From the human T2T-CHM13v2.0 reference genome, Homo sapiens: a stretch of 64,000 nucleotides of DNA. The DNA lies in the NCBI RefSeq assembly GCF_009914755.1, contig NC_060926.1; one strand, written 5' to 3'. This document shows positions 1 to 14,350 of the stretch, piece by piece. The first letter of the stretch is position 1; each line of letters starts with the position of its first letter. The position numbers were made by a program, and so were the translations under genes. The notes beneath the pieces are model-generated. The model saw nothing but the letters and a program-made list of their open reading frames with translations, was not told where the DNA came from and did no database searches.

Positions 1-1042
1 AACTCACCAATGCAAATTCTCCAGGCATGAAACAGAAACCAGGCAGGCATCACTCTTGACATTGGGTGCACTTATTAAAAGGACACAACTCCTGTCTTTA
101 AAGTGTTTTTACTTGGTTGGGGCATTAGGCACATGATCAGACCATTACAGTAGACTGTGATCCACATTGTGATGGTTATAAATGTGGGTCTGGGGAGACG
201 AAGGAGGCCACTAACCATAATAGAATTCCCGTCGGACACATTGGCTGCTAAGATCTTGAAATGCATGCTTTACACAGCTTGGCAAATCACCACTTCTCCA
301 AGCTCCCTGAATCTCTTCTCCCTAGCCCCACAGCCCCTCGTCTTTCTCCTCTACCTGCCTTGGAAATTTCAAACGGCACCTAAATCCACCAACTAATGGG
401 TACATTCCTGGTACCGCACAGGCCTCTGGGACCCCACATCAGGACAAAGGCTGTGATCTATTCTGTTTATTTGGTTCCTGGGCTTCAGTGGCTGATAGAT
501 ATTTTGAACATCGCTCTTGAACCTAACCCTATTCTGAGGGGCTTGGGAGCCTGTGCATTTTCCACCACTGCCCCAGGCAAGAGGTATGGTGGGACTGTGC
601 TCCTTCCTGTTTCTTCTTCAAAGCATCCTTCTGGAGAGTTGCACATCCTCACAGAGACAGGGGCTTTGTGAAATACACCATCAAGCACAGATGAGAATAC
701 GTGGCTTCCTACACTTGCTGCTGTGTCTCCCAACAGGTAAAAGGTCACAGGATAAAGAGCCCTGGGGCCATCCTAAGGGATGCTGTCTTCCTCTGCAGCC
801 TCCCCTCCATTAGTTCCAGACAGTCTTCTTTCCAGGTGTGGGCTCATTTTCTCCAGATGCATGATTTCATCTCTCAAATTCATAATTGGAAATATTTTTC
901 CATTTCTACTTTCCAGGAGATTTTTTATTAGCAGGGCTGGCGCCAAGGGGCTTCTGCTTAGTTCCCAGCTAACCAAGAAACCCATCAGGAACATGGTCCC
1001 CAAGACACCTGACAGCGAGCCCTGATTATCCTGACTGCACCA

Positions 1043-1450
1043 GGAGGCAGTGAGCAAAAGGACTGCCTTCCATCATGTGGGTCCTTGAGATTAGGAGGCA
1101 GTGAGTAAAAGGACTGCCTTCCTTCCCATGGGTCCTTGAGACTGCGAGGCAGTGAGCAAAAGGACTGCCTTCCATCCCGTGGGTCCTTGAGATTAGGAGG
1201 CAGTGAGCAAAAGGACTGCCTTCCATCCCGTGGGTCCTTGAGATTAGGAGGCAGTGAGTAAAAGGACTGCCTTCCTTCCCATGGGTCCTTGAGACTGCGA
1301 GGCAGTGAGCAAAAGGACTGCCTTCCATCCCGTGGGTCCTTGAGATTAGGAGGCAGTGAGCAAAAGGACTGCCTTCCATCCCGTGGGTCCTTGAGATTAG
1401 GAGGCAGTGAGCAAAAGGACTGCCTTCCATCATGTGGGTCCTTGAGATTA
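1043..1450. repeat. VNTR, 8 copies of a 51-bp unit
   Basis: Unit ggaggcagtgagcaaaaggactgccttccatcccgtgggtccttgagatta recurs every 51 bp from 1043; ORFs 985..1455 and 1026..1433 show the matching 17-aa period. Confidence 0.97.
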
Positions 1451-1769
1451 TTCACTTTTTACATGGAGGCCCAGGAAGGTGAGAGGCTCACCTGAGTTTT
1501 CATAGGAAGAGAAAAAATGAATTCCAGTCCTCCTGGTTCTTTAGGATTTGGGAGAGGAAGATGGGCCCAAAATGACAGCTACAATTTTCTTATTTTAAAC
1601 ATAATGCAGACTAAACATGAAATTTGGAAAGCACAAAAGAATGAAAAAAAACTTGTTAAGAGATAGATTACTGAGATTATTAAGAAACATATAAAGATAT
1701 AGATATTAAATGGGCATAGCTTATTAAGGGAGATTTAAAAGAATATTCAGGTCATTTAGTTTTTGAATT

Positions 1770-2405
1770 TTTTTCCATGTTTCAGTTTGTAGATCCTCTG
1801 GTTGTATGCCTATTTGAATGTATTATGCTTTCTTTCTATTTGTTTTGCTTAGTTAGATCTGTCAGGGTTTATATGCTTTATTATTTTCCTTAAAGACACA
1901 ACTCTTGATATTTACGTATTTCACATTTCTTTTTTTCTAATTTGTTAATGCCTGCTTTTGTCTTAAATATATTCTTCAACTTTTTTTCATTAATATAATA
2001 TTGTTCTCTTACCAAACATCTGAGTTAAATGTTTTATTCATCATTAAAGCTTAATAATAAAAATACTTAGGATTATAACAGTAACTTGGAGTAGAATATT
2101 TACGCTTCTCCAATGTTTATACATAATAGCCTCAAGGCTATTATTTTTTAAATAGTCTGTATTAATTTTTTTAAATCCTTCTTTGATCCAGGAGTGATTC
2201 CAGAGGCAATTTTTATATTTTTAAAATGTCTAATGATTAAGACTTTTGTTTGCCCTTTTGTTATTAATATTTTCATTTACCCATTTTTGAATTGTTCATT
2301 TCTATTCATCTTTTAGTTGACTATGATATTGTTTAGTTTTCAAAAATAATTTCTGAATGATCTTGTTTCTTAATATTTTTAATTTCTGTTATTGCATTTG
2401 TAATT
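1770..2405 (-). mobile_element. Old L1 (L1M-type) fragment
   Basis: T-rich antisense L1 ORF2-like sequence, heavily decayed; boundaries approximate. Confidence 0.5.
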
Positions 2406-2410
2406 CCTTC

Positions 2411-2978
2411 TATTAGTTTTTTGTTATTGCCAATAGAAATAGAAATTACCACTAATTTAGCAGCATAAAAGAAGAAACATTCATCATGTCAGTTTCTGTG
2501 GGTCAGGGGTCCCAGAAGCGTGGCTCAGCCAGGTCCTCCACCCAGGTTCTCCCAAGGCTGCAGTTAAGGCATCTGCACGGGGCTGGGGCTCATCTGAGGC
2601 TGGAGCGCCTCGCCATTTCCCATGGCTGTTGCCAGGATTTGTTTCCTTACAGCTGTAGAAGTCTTGGTGGTGTGCTTTTTATAAAGCCAGCAGGAGAAAC
2701 TCTAGAAAGGGGCGAGACCTCCTTTTAAGGATCTTCACCTAATTAAGTCAGGCCCACCCACAATACTCTCTATTAACTCAAAAACAACTGATTTGGAACT
2801 TTAATTATTATGTGCAAAATTCCTTCCTCTTTGCTATCTAACACAATAGAATCCTGTGTGTGACATCTCACCATAGTCACAACCTACCCCCTCCCACTCA
2901 CACATCTGGGGCAGGAGGTCAGGGTATTACAGAAGGGAACAGGAACCTAGAGGCCATTCTAGAATTCTGCCTACTTCA
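2411..2978 (-). mobile_element. MaLR solo LTR, MLT1E/F-like
   Basis: Ends gccattctagaattctgcctacttca (reverse complement of the MLT1E-type start); internal MLT1 motifs tcagtttctgtgggtcagg and aagtcaggcccaccca. Confidence 0.75.
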
Positions 2979-4992
2979 TTCCTTATTTTGCCCATTTCCA
3001 TTGTAATATGTCTCTCCTTTCATGTCAGCTTTGCCTCTTCCTTTGGCATTTTATGCCAGTTTTATAGGTCCCATACATTTCCTTAAATGTTGATGAAAAT
3101 CCTTAGCCCACACTAAGAGAGTAAAGAACATGTCTGTTCTGACCCTGGTAGGATTCCTCTCTCACACAATTCTCCGGATTCCCACCATAGTTCCTACATT
3201 GCTCTTACCCAGATATGCCTTATGGAGAAGGCTCCTCCATGTTTTAGACTTCATCTTACTAGTCCCAGTTAATCTTTGACTATTGATTATGCACTACATA
3301 AAGATATTTCTAAATCCTGTTTCAAGCTTGCCAATTTAGTTGTACACAAATATGAGGTAACTTTCAGTAGATATGGCCAGACAGGTGAGTTTTCTCTGCA
3401 GCCATAACCTCTCTATCAATTTTCATGGAAGTACACCAGCATATAGATTGGCTTTTGTCATATGCAAACACAGAGCAGCGTTGCTACCTGCATTCAGGGC
3501 TCAATGGAATTCCAGCTCTGTCTATTTTGTGCCCCACTAATACTCTGCATTAAAAGCTTATATGAGGCAAAAGCAGTAATATTCTAGCCACAGGAATGAC
3601 CTGACTATAAAGATGAACCAAGTGACCAAGAGCTTTTTTAACTAATACCTGAACATAGACACTTAGGAAGTAAGCTGAGTTGCTATTCCTAATGATGAAG
3701 ACCAGAGGGCTCCCCAGCTACTTAACTGTGTTCATATAAGGAGGAGAAATGTCTCCAAAACATCTTAGATAATTCATGTATCTCGAATACAACAAATTTC
3801 ACTGATAAAACAATTTTTGACCTTTTTTTCGAGTAATGGCAGATTTGGTAATTCAAAGTGACCCATTTACTGTAAAGAAAGTAGAAAGGCTGGAAATATA
3901 TATGTTTTTTAATTGTCTTGGTGGCATTAGAAATTTGTAAGAAAGTAAAAAACGTACCGGGTCCAGATTATGGAGAAAACAGATATGCAAAGGGCTAAAA
4001 GCTCAACTTCTCGAGCCACTTATCCTTTAGGAGTTTGGTCAATATGGAAAAAGTTGGCTCTGAGGGCAAGAAATTGAACAGTATGTTTGACCAATTCATA
4101 CAAGACCATCGGGTCCATAACTAACATGCAGATTACTTGCATTAGAACTCAATGAGCTTTTCACAAGAGTAAGGAGGCATCGCACAGAGATCCTCTTTAT
4201 AGGAAAAGAATATCATCCTAGTCTCAAAAAATTTATACAAACAATATTTCAATTTAAAAAAAACAAGTGAAGAAACAAGACAACATGTACAAGAACTAAA
4301 GAGAATACAGGCCAATTATAAAACTACAGAGCTTCCAAGTATTAATCAGACACATATTTTAAAATAATTATGATTACTATGTTACAAAATGCTAAAACAA
4401 ACAAACAAATACATACACACAAAAAAGGACTGAGAGTTTTGGTAGAGAAACTGAAATACTATAAAGATGACATAGCAGATTTATTAAAAAGAAACAAATA
4501 GAAAGTTTAAAAATCAAAAATATTATAACCAAAATTACAAACTCAATGTATGTGATTAACAGCTGATTAGACATACTGAACAGAGAATTAGTCAACACAG
4601 AAAAGATAATAAGCAACAAATTAGACAAAATGAAATTAAAATAAATTCATGAAGTAGGAATCCCAGAAGACAAGAGAGAGCAAGTGACAAACTCAATATT
4701 TGAGGAGATAATGGATGAAAAAATTTCAAAAGTGAAAAAAGACGTGAAGCAGGAGATTCAAGAATCCGTAAGAACCTCAAGAAGAATAAATGAAAAGAAT
4801 GCACCTTGAAGGCTTTCACAGCAAAACTGCTAAAAATCAAAGCCAAAGAGGAATTCTTAAAAATGGATTTAAAAAGAGAGATTACTTTCCAATTACTTAA
4901 AAAATGGACTGACAGTTGACTTTTCAGTTAAAAAAAGAAAACCAGAAGTGACTAGAGTGATATCTTCAAAGTACTGCAAGAAAGAGCTGCAA

Positions 4993-5336
<344 letters not shown>

Positions 5337-5879
5337 TTATCCTTGTAGAATGAAGAGATTTTCATTTAAACTGCATCTGAGAGAATTTGTCACTAGCAAA
5401 CCTAAAACAAAGTAAGTGCGAAAGGTGTCTTAGGGAAAAGAAAATCCAAGTGGAGAGGTAATGATTCAGATAGGCATGAAGAAGCACAAACATTATGAAT
5501 ATATAGATAAATGTGTCTACACAAAAAAAAGTGATAAAAAAATTAAAATAAACTCTTCTGGAGAAAAGACGAAGTGAGAGGTCACATCAACTTGTCTTAG
5601 GAACCACCATAGCCTTAGTTCTGAAACAAGGACACAGGAAGAAAGAAAAAATTGTAGGTCAATTGCACTGTTGAATATAGATGTAAAAATCCTAAATAAA
5701 TAATATGAAACAAATCCAGAAATGTATAAAATGATACTATATTACTACTAAGTTACTTGTATTCAACATGCAAGATTTAATATGTTAAATCAATTAAAGT
5801 TGATGGTATTAAGATAATCTAGGAGGAAAATCATGATCATCTCAAGAGATGTAAAAAAATGGATAAAATTCAACACTCA

Positions 5880-5933
5880 GAAGGAAGGAAGGAAGGAAGG
5901 AAGGAAGGAAGGAAGGAAGGAAGGAAGGAAGGA

Positions 5934-5989
<56 letters not shown>

Positions 5990-6030
5990 AAAGAAGGAAG
6001 GAGAAAGAAAGAAAGAAGAAAGAGAAGGAA
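5880..6030. repeat. Compound (GGAA)13/(GAAA)n microsatellite
   Basis: 13 consecutive GGAA at 5883-5934, followed by a GAAA run. Confidence 0.97.
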
Positions 6031-9000
6031 GCCAGGGGAAAAAAATATCTGAGCAACCCAGGAGAAATCTTGATAAAGGGTTATGGGAAAACACTAACAG
6101 TGAATATTGCCTTCATTAGTTATTGACTGAAACCCGTCTTTTCTGACCTGAGGGAAGTTCTATTGAACTTTTTGCTGTAGGTTCTAATCTAAGTCAAAAG
6201 GAGAGGCAAGAAATTAAAGTTATATTATTTAGAAAAAAATTAAAACACCATTTTTCAGAGATAATTTGATTGCCTGCCTACATAGGAAATTCAAAAGAAT
6301 CTACAGATAGAATATTATAAATAAATTTAGTGAAATATTAGGTATAAAGTGGAAACAAAATCAATTTTACTTTTGTGTATCAGCAATCAGGAGCTAAAAT
6401 TAAAATTTTTAGAGAAAAGTTATAATTTATAATAGAATAAAAATTAAATACATAGGAAAAATAACAAATATATACACATACAATATCTGCATACTAAAAC
6501 ATAAATAAAAAGATATGGTAAAGAAATTCTAATGGGAAGATATACCATGTTCACAGATTGGAAGACTCAAAATTTTAATTAAATATTATGGTTCTTCCCA
6601 AAATATCTGAAAATTCAGCGCAATTCCAACCAAAATCCAAACAATATTCTTTTGTGAAACTTGAAAAGTTGATTCTAAAATACATATGGCAATGCAGTGG
6701 AACAAGAATAAGGCATTCTTGAAGAAAGAACCACACAGAAAACCTTACTCTAATAGCTATCACAATTTATTAAACACTTACAGTAAAGAAGAGATGGTGA
6801 TATGGGCACATGGATAGACAAGACACCAGCGGGACAGAAAAATCAACCAAAATTAATGTCTACTTATGTGGACACTGATTTATGTTAGAGGTGAAACTAT
6901 AGAGAAGAGGGCAAAAAAAAAAAAAAGATATTTTCAATAAACAAAGTTGAGACCAGTTATAAAAATAGATGAAACTTGATTCTATCTCATACCATATTAA
7001 AATAGAGAATGAAAGGTAAAACCAAAACTGTCTTCTAGAAGATAATACAGTCCATAGGATAATATCTTCATGTCCTTGGGGTAGAGAAGGTTTCCTTAAC
7101 TAGAACACAAAAGGCACTAATCTAAAAGATAAGGATGATAAATTAGCCTACATTAAAATTAAAATTTTATGTTAACCAAAAGAAACCATAAAAGGAATTT
7201 TTAAAGATATTTGCTTCATATAAGCAATCATCAAAAGTTCATACCCATTATAGGGAGATAATTCTTACATATTGGTAAGAAAAGACCATGTGATGGAAAC
7301 GTGGCTGTGGGACTAGTGAGTGTGGCTGGTCCCACCTGCTCCGGTTAGCACAGATATTGCACAGGTAGGTGCCCATTGATGGTGATTGAAAATCTTCCAC
7401 TGTTCTTGTTACAAGTTTCCTGTGCTTGGGAACCTTCTTGTTTAGACCCCTCTTGTTGACCTGTCCTCTTAGCAGCCTGTGACCCATTGGGAGTCCCACT
7501 TACTCCTAGCAGCTTTCTGAACAGTTATCTTGTGAGACTCTGGGAGGATGACTTCCCACCAGCTGACTGGACTTCACTCTCAGCCATGGCTCAGCCCTGC
7601 CCCTTCTACCACCGGCTGGCACCACAGGAAGCTGAGGCTTGCAGCTTCGCAGGCTGTGCACAGGGGTCCAGGGCCCACCTCAATGGTCCCAAATGCATCT
7701 CCATCCCATATTTATAGATAGTGTCTGCCTCTCAGAAGAGGTCTGGCTCCCAAATGGAAAGATGGACCAAAGGATCTCATCTCTGCCTTCCTCAACTTTC
7801 TCTCTCACCTCCATCCCTGTGAGTTATTCCATGATAAGTTTTAACAGCCTTGAGTCCTGATAAGCAAAATGCAAGCATTGAGAGTTTAGCTAGGACCCCT
7901 TTTCCTCTTGAAATAACTATTGCCTGGCTACAGAATTCTAAAAGTCTAGTATGAAATTCGAGATGAGCAAAGGTTCCTGGTTCTAGGTGGCCTTGGTTAT
8001 CTGGGGCAGAAAGTCAAGTCTTTCAGCTTAGCTCTCCCAATGAAATGGCTGCAGATGTGTGAAGGTTGGGGGTGGGGGAACTAAACATAGAAAAAGGGAA
8101 AATTATGGAGTGATATTTCAAATGACCATGCTCTCTGGGAATGTATTCCACAATATACCCTTAGACTGCTTTACTTCAAAGCTGAAGAATGACAGAGTTT
8201 GCCTACATTTTTCTGACTCTTGTCATCTGGAAAGTTCATGGAAAAAATGCAGCACCAGCTAGAGGTTAGCAGAACTGACTCAACTCCAGGTTGATACTTG
8301 TTTGTGGATGAGCTTGCACGACTTGCTTAATCTCTTTGTATTTCAGTTACTCCATCTCTAAAGTGGTGACAATGGGATCCACTTCAGAGGCCTCTTCTGA
8401 GGACTGATGATGTAATGCAGGGACAAGAAGCTTGCATGCCTCCTGCCAGCAGACCCCTGCCAGTCCCTTTTTGCCTGTCTTGCGTCTTGACCCAACTCTA
8501 TAATGCATTAGCAAGTAATGTAAATTCCTTAAAGATTTCAAAGACAAGAGTTTTAAAACAAAGCTTAATATCACATGCAGCGAAACTTTTCCATGTCTCC
8601 ACCATACCATTTTCCACCCAGCAGTGAGCAGCTCATCCTTAAAGCACACCCCCACTCCATTCCTGTGCCCCATTCTTCTTCCACTTCAGTGCTCACAGGA
8701 TACCCCCATGGATGGTCAGAAAAATGATCCAAAACATGGAAATAAGTCTAAGAGGTGGAGACTGAGGCCTCTCCATGTCATATGCTGGCAGAGGCCACCT
8801 AAACATGACCTAGAAGGATGTACTGAGTTTCACTGTTTCCTTTCAATTAGAGGCCTCAACTTCGTGAAGTTGCATGTTAACTTGCAAATGTTTGCTTGTT
8901 AAATATATAAATAATTCTTATGTGAAGGAACATATACTTTAACTTTTCAGACTGGTGGCTGTGTTGGACATTAGCCAGCTCTGTACTCCAGCTGTGTCTA

Positions 9001-9130
9001 CGTTCATTTTGAGCTTCTTAATGCTCTTTGAATTAAGTGTAGCATCTCACTGTTTACCCATTCATTAATGGGTCAAAGAGAATCTTTGACATGTGCTTAT
9101 TCTATATTTACTTGAGAATAGTGACTTTAA

Positions 9131-9633
<503 letters not shown>

Positions 9634-11099
9634 TATCCTTTGCTTTTCTAGGTCATGTTTGCATATCATCCTGTAACATGAAAGGTCTTACCTTTCTAAA
9701 TTCCTCTTTACCTGTATTTATTCCCTACCTATGGCCCTTTCCTTTCTAAAAGGAGATGGTTGCGTTTCCACATTTGGGAAATGGGTTGTATTTCCACTTT
9801 TCTGGCCTCCACTCCTGCGTTTTGACACTACACATTGCCAGGTGGCATTGGTAGCTCACAGGTCACTCATTTCTTGTTTGGGGAAGATAAACTGCATGCT
9901 TGCTTGGTAGTGGGCTTCTTGAGGTAACCCAAGTCCTTGACTTCCAACTGGCTCTGGTCCTTCTCTATGTGAAAGGGCCAAACTACATCAATGGTCACAG
10001 CACAAAAACCTAAATTATTAGCATAGTTAATTATCCGTGGGAATTGCTGGTACCCTAGAATGTGTGTATGTATGTGCATGTGTGCATATTTCAACTTTAT
10101 AACCTGGGGCCAGGGTAGAGGGTAAAATGAGTTTTGTGTGTGTGGTTCAGTCTATTTCTTCAAACATTCTGAATGATAATTAGCTTTGATTTTTCCATCT
10201 ATTCATAATGATAGCAGAGGGCAACGCACAACAGAAAGGGGGTTGCAAGCTTTCCACTTAGCAATTAATTCTATTATTAAATGCTAAGAAAAAAATAAGT
10301 GCCTGCCAGCTGTAGCTTTATTATGTTTTCCCAGAAATAATAATGAGAAGGCTGTGAAAGTATATTATTTATTTCTCCCTTTCTCCTCCACCCTTGTAGG
10401 AGAAAGAAAAAAGCCACGGGTGGTCATTTCTTCACTATGAAAATAAATTTCTTCATTCTGCCATTAGATAGTGGCTTAGACAATGTCTAGAGAAGGGGGT
10501 AGGTGCCCAGTGGAATGCTTATTTGTCTTGTTTTTATTCATTTATTTTTAAAATGGAACCTCTACTCTGAGCCAGAATGGGGATTAGGAAATGTGGATAC
10601 TTGGAGCCTCCTCTGTAGAGGCAGGTACACACCTGTATTCAAGTAAAATGTGGTCAACGCCAGATTAGGAAAATAAACAGCACCCAGGGCACAGAGGAGA
10701 GGTGTCCAGTTGGTAATAATATCTGAATTTTAGTGGAAATGTCAATCATCAGTCAGAAAACAGCTATTGATTTTCTTCTGCTGACATTATGCCTGTAAGG
10801 AGTAGGTTCTCAATAAACATGAAATGAATGAACCTCAATCTGATCTAGATCTATCTTTTCTTCAGCACATGATGAAACAGTGTGAGGCTACACTGCACAT
10901 CTCAATTCAGCCCTTAACTTGACTCCACAGGGAAGGGGGCAGTGGTTTTTGCCAGCTGAGAGGCGCACATTAATGTTTGCAAAAGGAAAGCAAGTTCAAA
11001 CCAGAGTGCTTACTAATTTAGGCATAACGCCAGGGGGTTTAGATTAACACTGTTTTATTCTCATGGGACATAAATAGGAAACTGTAACACATTGGGACT

Positions 11100-11290
11100 A
11101 GTGTTGGACTTGGGGTAACTGAAATCTGATATCCTGCATATACTAGCTTTGTAACCTCAAGTGCATTATACATCCCCTCCAAGCCTCAGTTTTGTTATCT
11201 ATAAAATGGGTGAAATGATGTTTCTTTTATAGGGATATTATGAGAATGAAATTACATGTGGGAGAATTCTGGCATATTGTAAGTCACCAA
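11100..11290 (+). mobile_element. MIR
   Basis: MIR core aagcctcagttttgttatctataaaatggg. Confidence 0.7.
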
Positions 11291-12449
11291 CAACTATTTT
11301 TATTTGTTTAAGTCTTGTATTGTTATTGTGGTTTAAAAATCCATTTCTCTTTCCTGTTATTTGTGGGTGCTGCCAAAAATCATGCTCAGTGACACAAACT
11401 CAGGCCTCCTTCATTAAATTCCCTAATTGAGAGTATTTCTTCCTCTGGTTGGTTCAATTCAAAGCCTGTCATGGGAGCTTGTAAATGAGTCAAGAATATC
11501 TCATTTTCTCTGTTTCCAGTTCAACCTGTGGGGTACAAACCTCCGTATTCCTGCATGATGAGCGTCACTGTATCTGTTTAAGTGAAAGGTTACTCTACTA
11601 TTTGTGCTCGGAGCCAGTAACATTGGACAAAATTTGTCCTGATGATCATTCTCCTAGGCACAGCATTTCATATGTTGTTTTAAATTAAATTTGCATGTTT
11701 TTGTTGGGGAGAAGAGGTGCACCCTTCATTTTGCTACAGTCCCACTACTCCCTGTGCATCTGATCTGATTTGATTCCTATAAGATATCACCTTCCATCTT
11801 CTGTAGGCCATTGGAAATTATGACCACTGCTCTAAACTATGCCCACATCTAGTCACACCTACCTGTAACACAAGAGCCTAACATATGAGTTTGGGAGAGG
11901 GTTGATTTAATACCAAGACAGTCATCTACAAATTTATCTCCCTGCTTCAAGTCTCTATTTCTTTAGTGCCTTCTCCTCATGGAAAGTGATTGAGTTTTCA
12001 GAAATGAATGTATTGATGCTATTACTCCTCTACGATAAGCTTTCAAAAGTTCTCTGTAACCCAATTTATACTTCCCTGCCCACCCTCAGGCACTGCTAAC
12101 CTATGCTTCAGATATTCTAAATGAGTTTCCTTTTTCAAGCATGCTCTGGACGTTCACAACTACATGCCTTTGCGAATAGTCTTCCCTGTGCTTGGAAGAC
12201 CCTCTCAGAATTTTTCAATTAGCAAGCCTCCCTCAAGATGCAATCATAAGCCTTGCAAAGTGTTTTCTGATTGACAGCCCAAGCATCCAATAGCTCCTCC
12301 TGAGTTCTCACAAGAGTGTTGGTTTCCTTATGATGATTATTTTCATCCTCCATCTTCTCTACAGCACACATTCCTTAAGAGAGGATATCTCTGTAGTGTC
12401 TCATAGCACAGGGCCAGGCACCCACGGAGCTTGTAGCAGACAGGGCTCC

Positions 12450-12870
12450 TTGTGGACCACTGCCTGCAACTCCACATTTTCCCTTCCCTCCCTCCTAACA
12501 GAGCTCAGTTTTGTCAGAGCAGAACTGAGCTTCAGCTACAAACATGCCCAGCTCGAGTCCTGGCTAGGAAAGACAGAAACCCTTTGCCAAATAAAAAAGC
12601 AAAGTCTTCCTAGGGGAAGGCTCTTTTCCCTTTAGTCCAGAATGTGGTGCCCTTCCCGGAAAAGCAACACTGCACTGCATGCAGAGGACAAAAGCCACAG
12701 TCAGGGACGGTGGTGCTGGAGGGCGAGGATCACGGTCCCTGGTGACACCTGAGCAACTGCACTCAGCTTGGCCTTTTACCTCCAGACTTTTTATTTTATA
12801 TTAAAAGCATACCATTAAAGGCTTAAACCAGTTTTCATTGAGTTTTCAGCTACTTGCTGTCACGTACTTT
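12450..12870. mobile_element. Old MLT1 (J/K/L-like) LTR
   Basis: MLT1-like motifs tacctccagactttt and gcttaaaccagttttcattgagttttc; diverged. Confidence 0.45.
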
Positions 12871-13057
12871 CCCCACTGATAAAATGGTCAGCACCTTTCG
12901 TTTCAATATCAAACGATATTGATCACTCATTCAATAGACATGTGTTAATTCTTGGGACAGTGAACAGGACCAAGTTCCTACCCTCATGGAGTTTATGTTC
13001 TAGAGAGGAGACAGTGAACTATCCTGTTTGTCAATGTATAACACAGGAAATCAAATG

Positions 13058-13355
13058 ATGCAGTGGCTCACGCCTGTAATTCCAGCACTTTGGGAGGCTG
13101 AGGCAGGCGGATCATGAGGTCAGGAGTTCGAGACCAGCCTGGCCAACAATGGTGAAACCCCCTCTCTACTAAAAATACAAAAAGATTAGCCAGGCATGGT
13201 GGTGCACACCTGTAATCCTGGCTATTCAAGAGGCTGAGGCAGGAGAATCGCTTGAACCCAGGAGGCAGAGGTTGTGGTGAGCTGAGACCATGCCCCAGCA
13301 CTCCAGCCTGGGCAACAGAGGGAGACTCTGTCTAAAAAAAAAAAGAAGAAGAAAA
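13058..13355 (+). mobile_element. AluS (Sg-like), slightly 5'-truncated
   Basis: Alu dimer flanked by TSD aaatcaaatg at 13048-13057 and 13356-13365. Confidence 0.93.
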
Positions 13356-14134
13356 AAATCAAATGTCAAATAATTGTTAATAAATGTCGCATAAAGAAAA
13401 GAAAAATAAGCAGGATAGGAAAGGGAGAGTGACGGGAGAAGAAGGATGGCAGGAGGAAATCTAGAGCAGGGTCACTGGAAGGCATAGAGTGAGCTCTGTA
13501 TCTACCTTTGGAAGCATCAGTGCAAATGGCTCGATGCAGGCCTTCGTTCCAGGAAGAGTAAGAAGGACAATCCGCTAGAGAACAAAGCCTGACATGGAGC
13601 GAGGGGGGGGATTATATCAGAAAGAAGAATGCAGGCTGCTGGGCTATAGATTCCATGTGAGGTCACAATCTATGTGTGATTAGAAGCTGGGGAGTGTATT
13701 GATGAGCTGTGGTCTAATTTGCTGATATATATTTTCCCATTGATTATCCTGCTACGTGGAAAATTGATGGCAGGGGGAAGCAAGATTGGGAGCAGAAGAC
13801 GATGTTGAAAAGTGGCCTCCTTCAAGCTGTATTTTGGAGGTAGAATCAGTAAGATCCACTAATGTGGAGCTTGAGAAAAATAGAGGCATCAGAAATGATG
13901 CCCAGATTTTGATCTGAGCTCTTCAGTGAATGTTGGTGACATTTTCTAAGATGTGGAAGAAATCAAGAAATTAAAAGTTATTCTGGACATGCTGAATTTG
14001 AGATATCAACTAGATACTCAAATGGAGACATCAGGAAATCAGAGACCAGGAAACAGTTTGGGGCTGAAGATGGAATTTGGGAATCTTCAGCCATAAAGAC
14101 CAGGGACTGGGATGAGGTCTCCTAAAGAGTTAGT

Positions 14135-14350
14135 ATTATGAACACTCACATAAACTGTGGACCCTGAGTGATAATGATGTGTCAATGTAGGTCTATTAAT
14201 TGTAACAAAGACCACGCTGATGGGGAATGTTGATCTGAGGTGGGGTAGGGGCTGTGCCTGTGTGGGGGCCGGGGGCATTTGAGAACTCTCTGTACTTTTC
14301 ATTCAATTTTACTGTGAGCCAAACTGCCTAAAGAATAAAGTCTATTAAAG
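14135..14350 (+). mobile_element. L1MC-like 3' end
   Basis: gataatgatgtgtcaatgtagg...gaactctctgtacttttcattcaattttactgtgagcc...aataaagtcta. Confidence 0.75.

Noticed and set aside
75-1057. Cluster of overlapping short ORFs at the window start
   Set aside because: No recognisable homology or consistent exon structure; only a lone minus-strand donor motif at 2-8
1043-1450. CRISPR-like array of palindromic repeats
   Set aside because: No unique spacers (the units are contiguous), no cas genes, eukaryotic context; it is a minisatellite
5833-6126. K/E/R-rich ORFs (also 47841-48283 and 56319-56666)
   Set aside because: Translations of microsatellite, polypurine or poly(T) tracts
7337-7460. Exon-like segment encoding an Ig-like GTYLC motif
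   Set aside because: The acceptor lacks a polypyrimidine tract and other Ig-domain residues are absent
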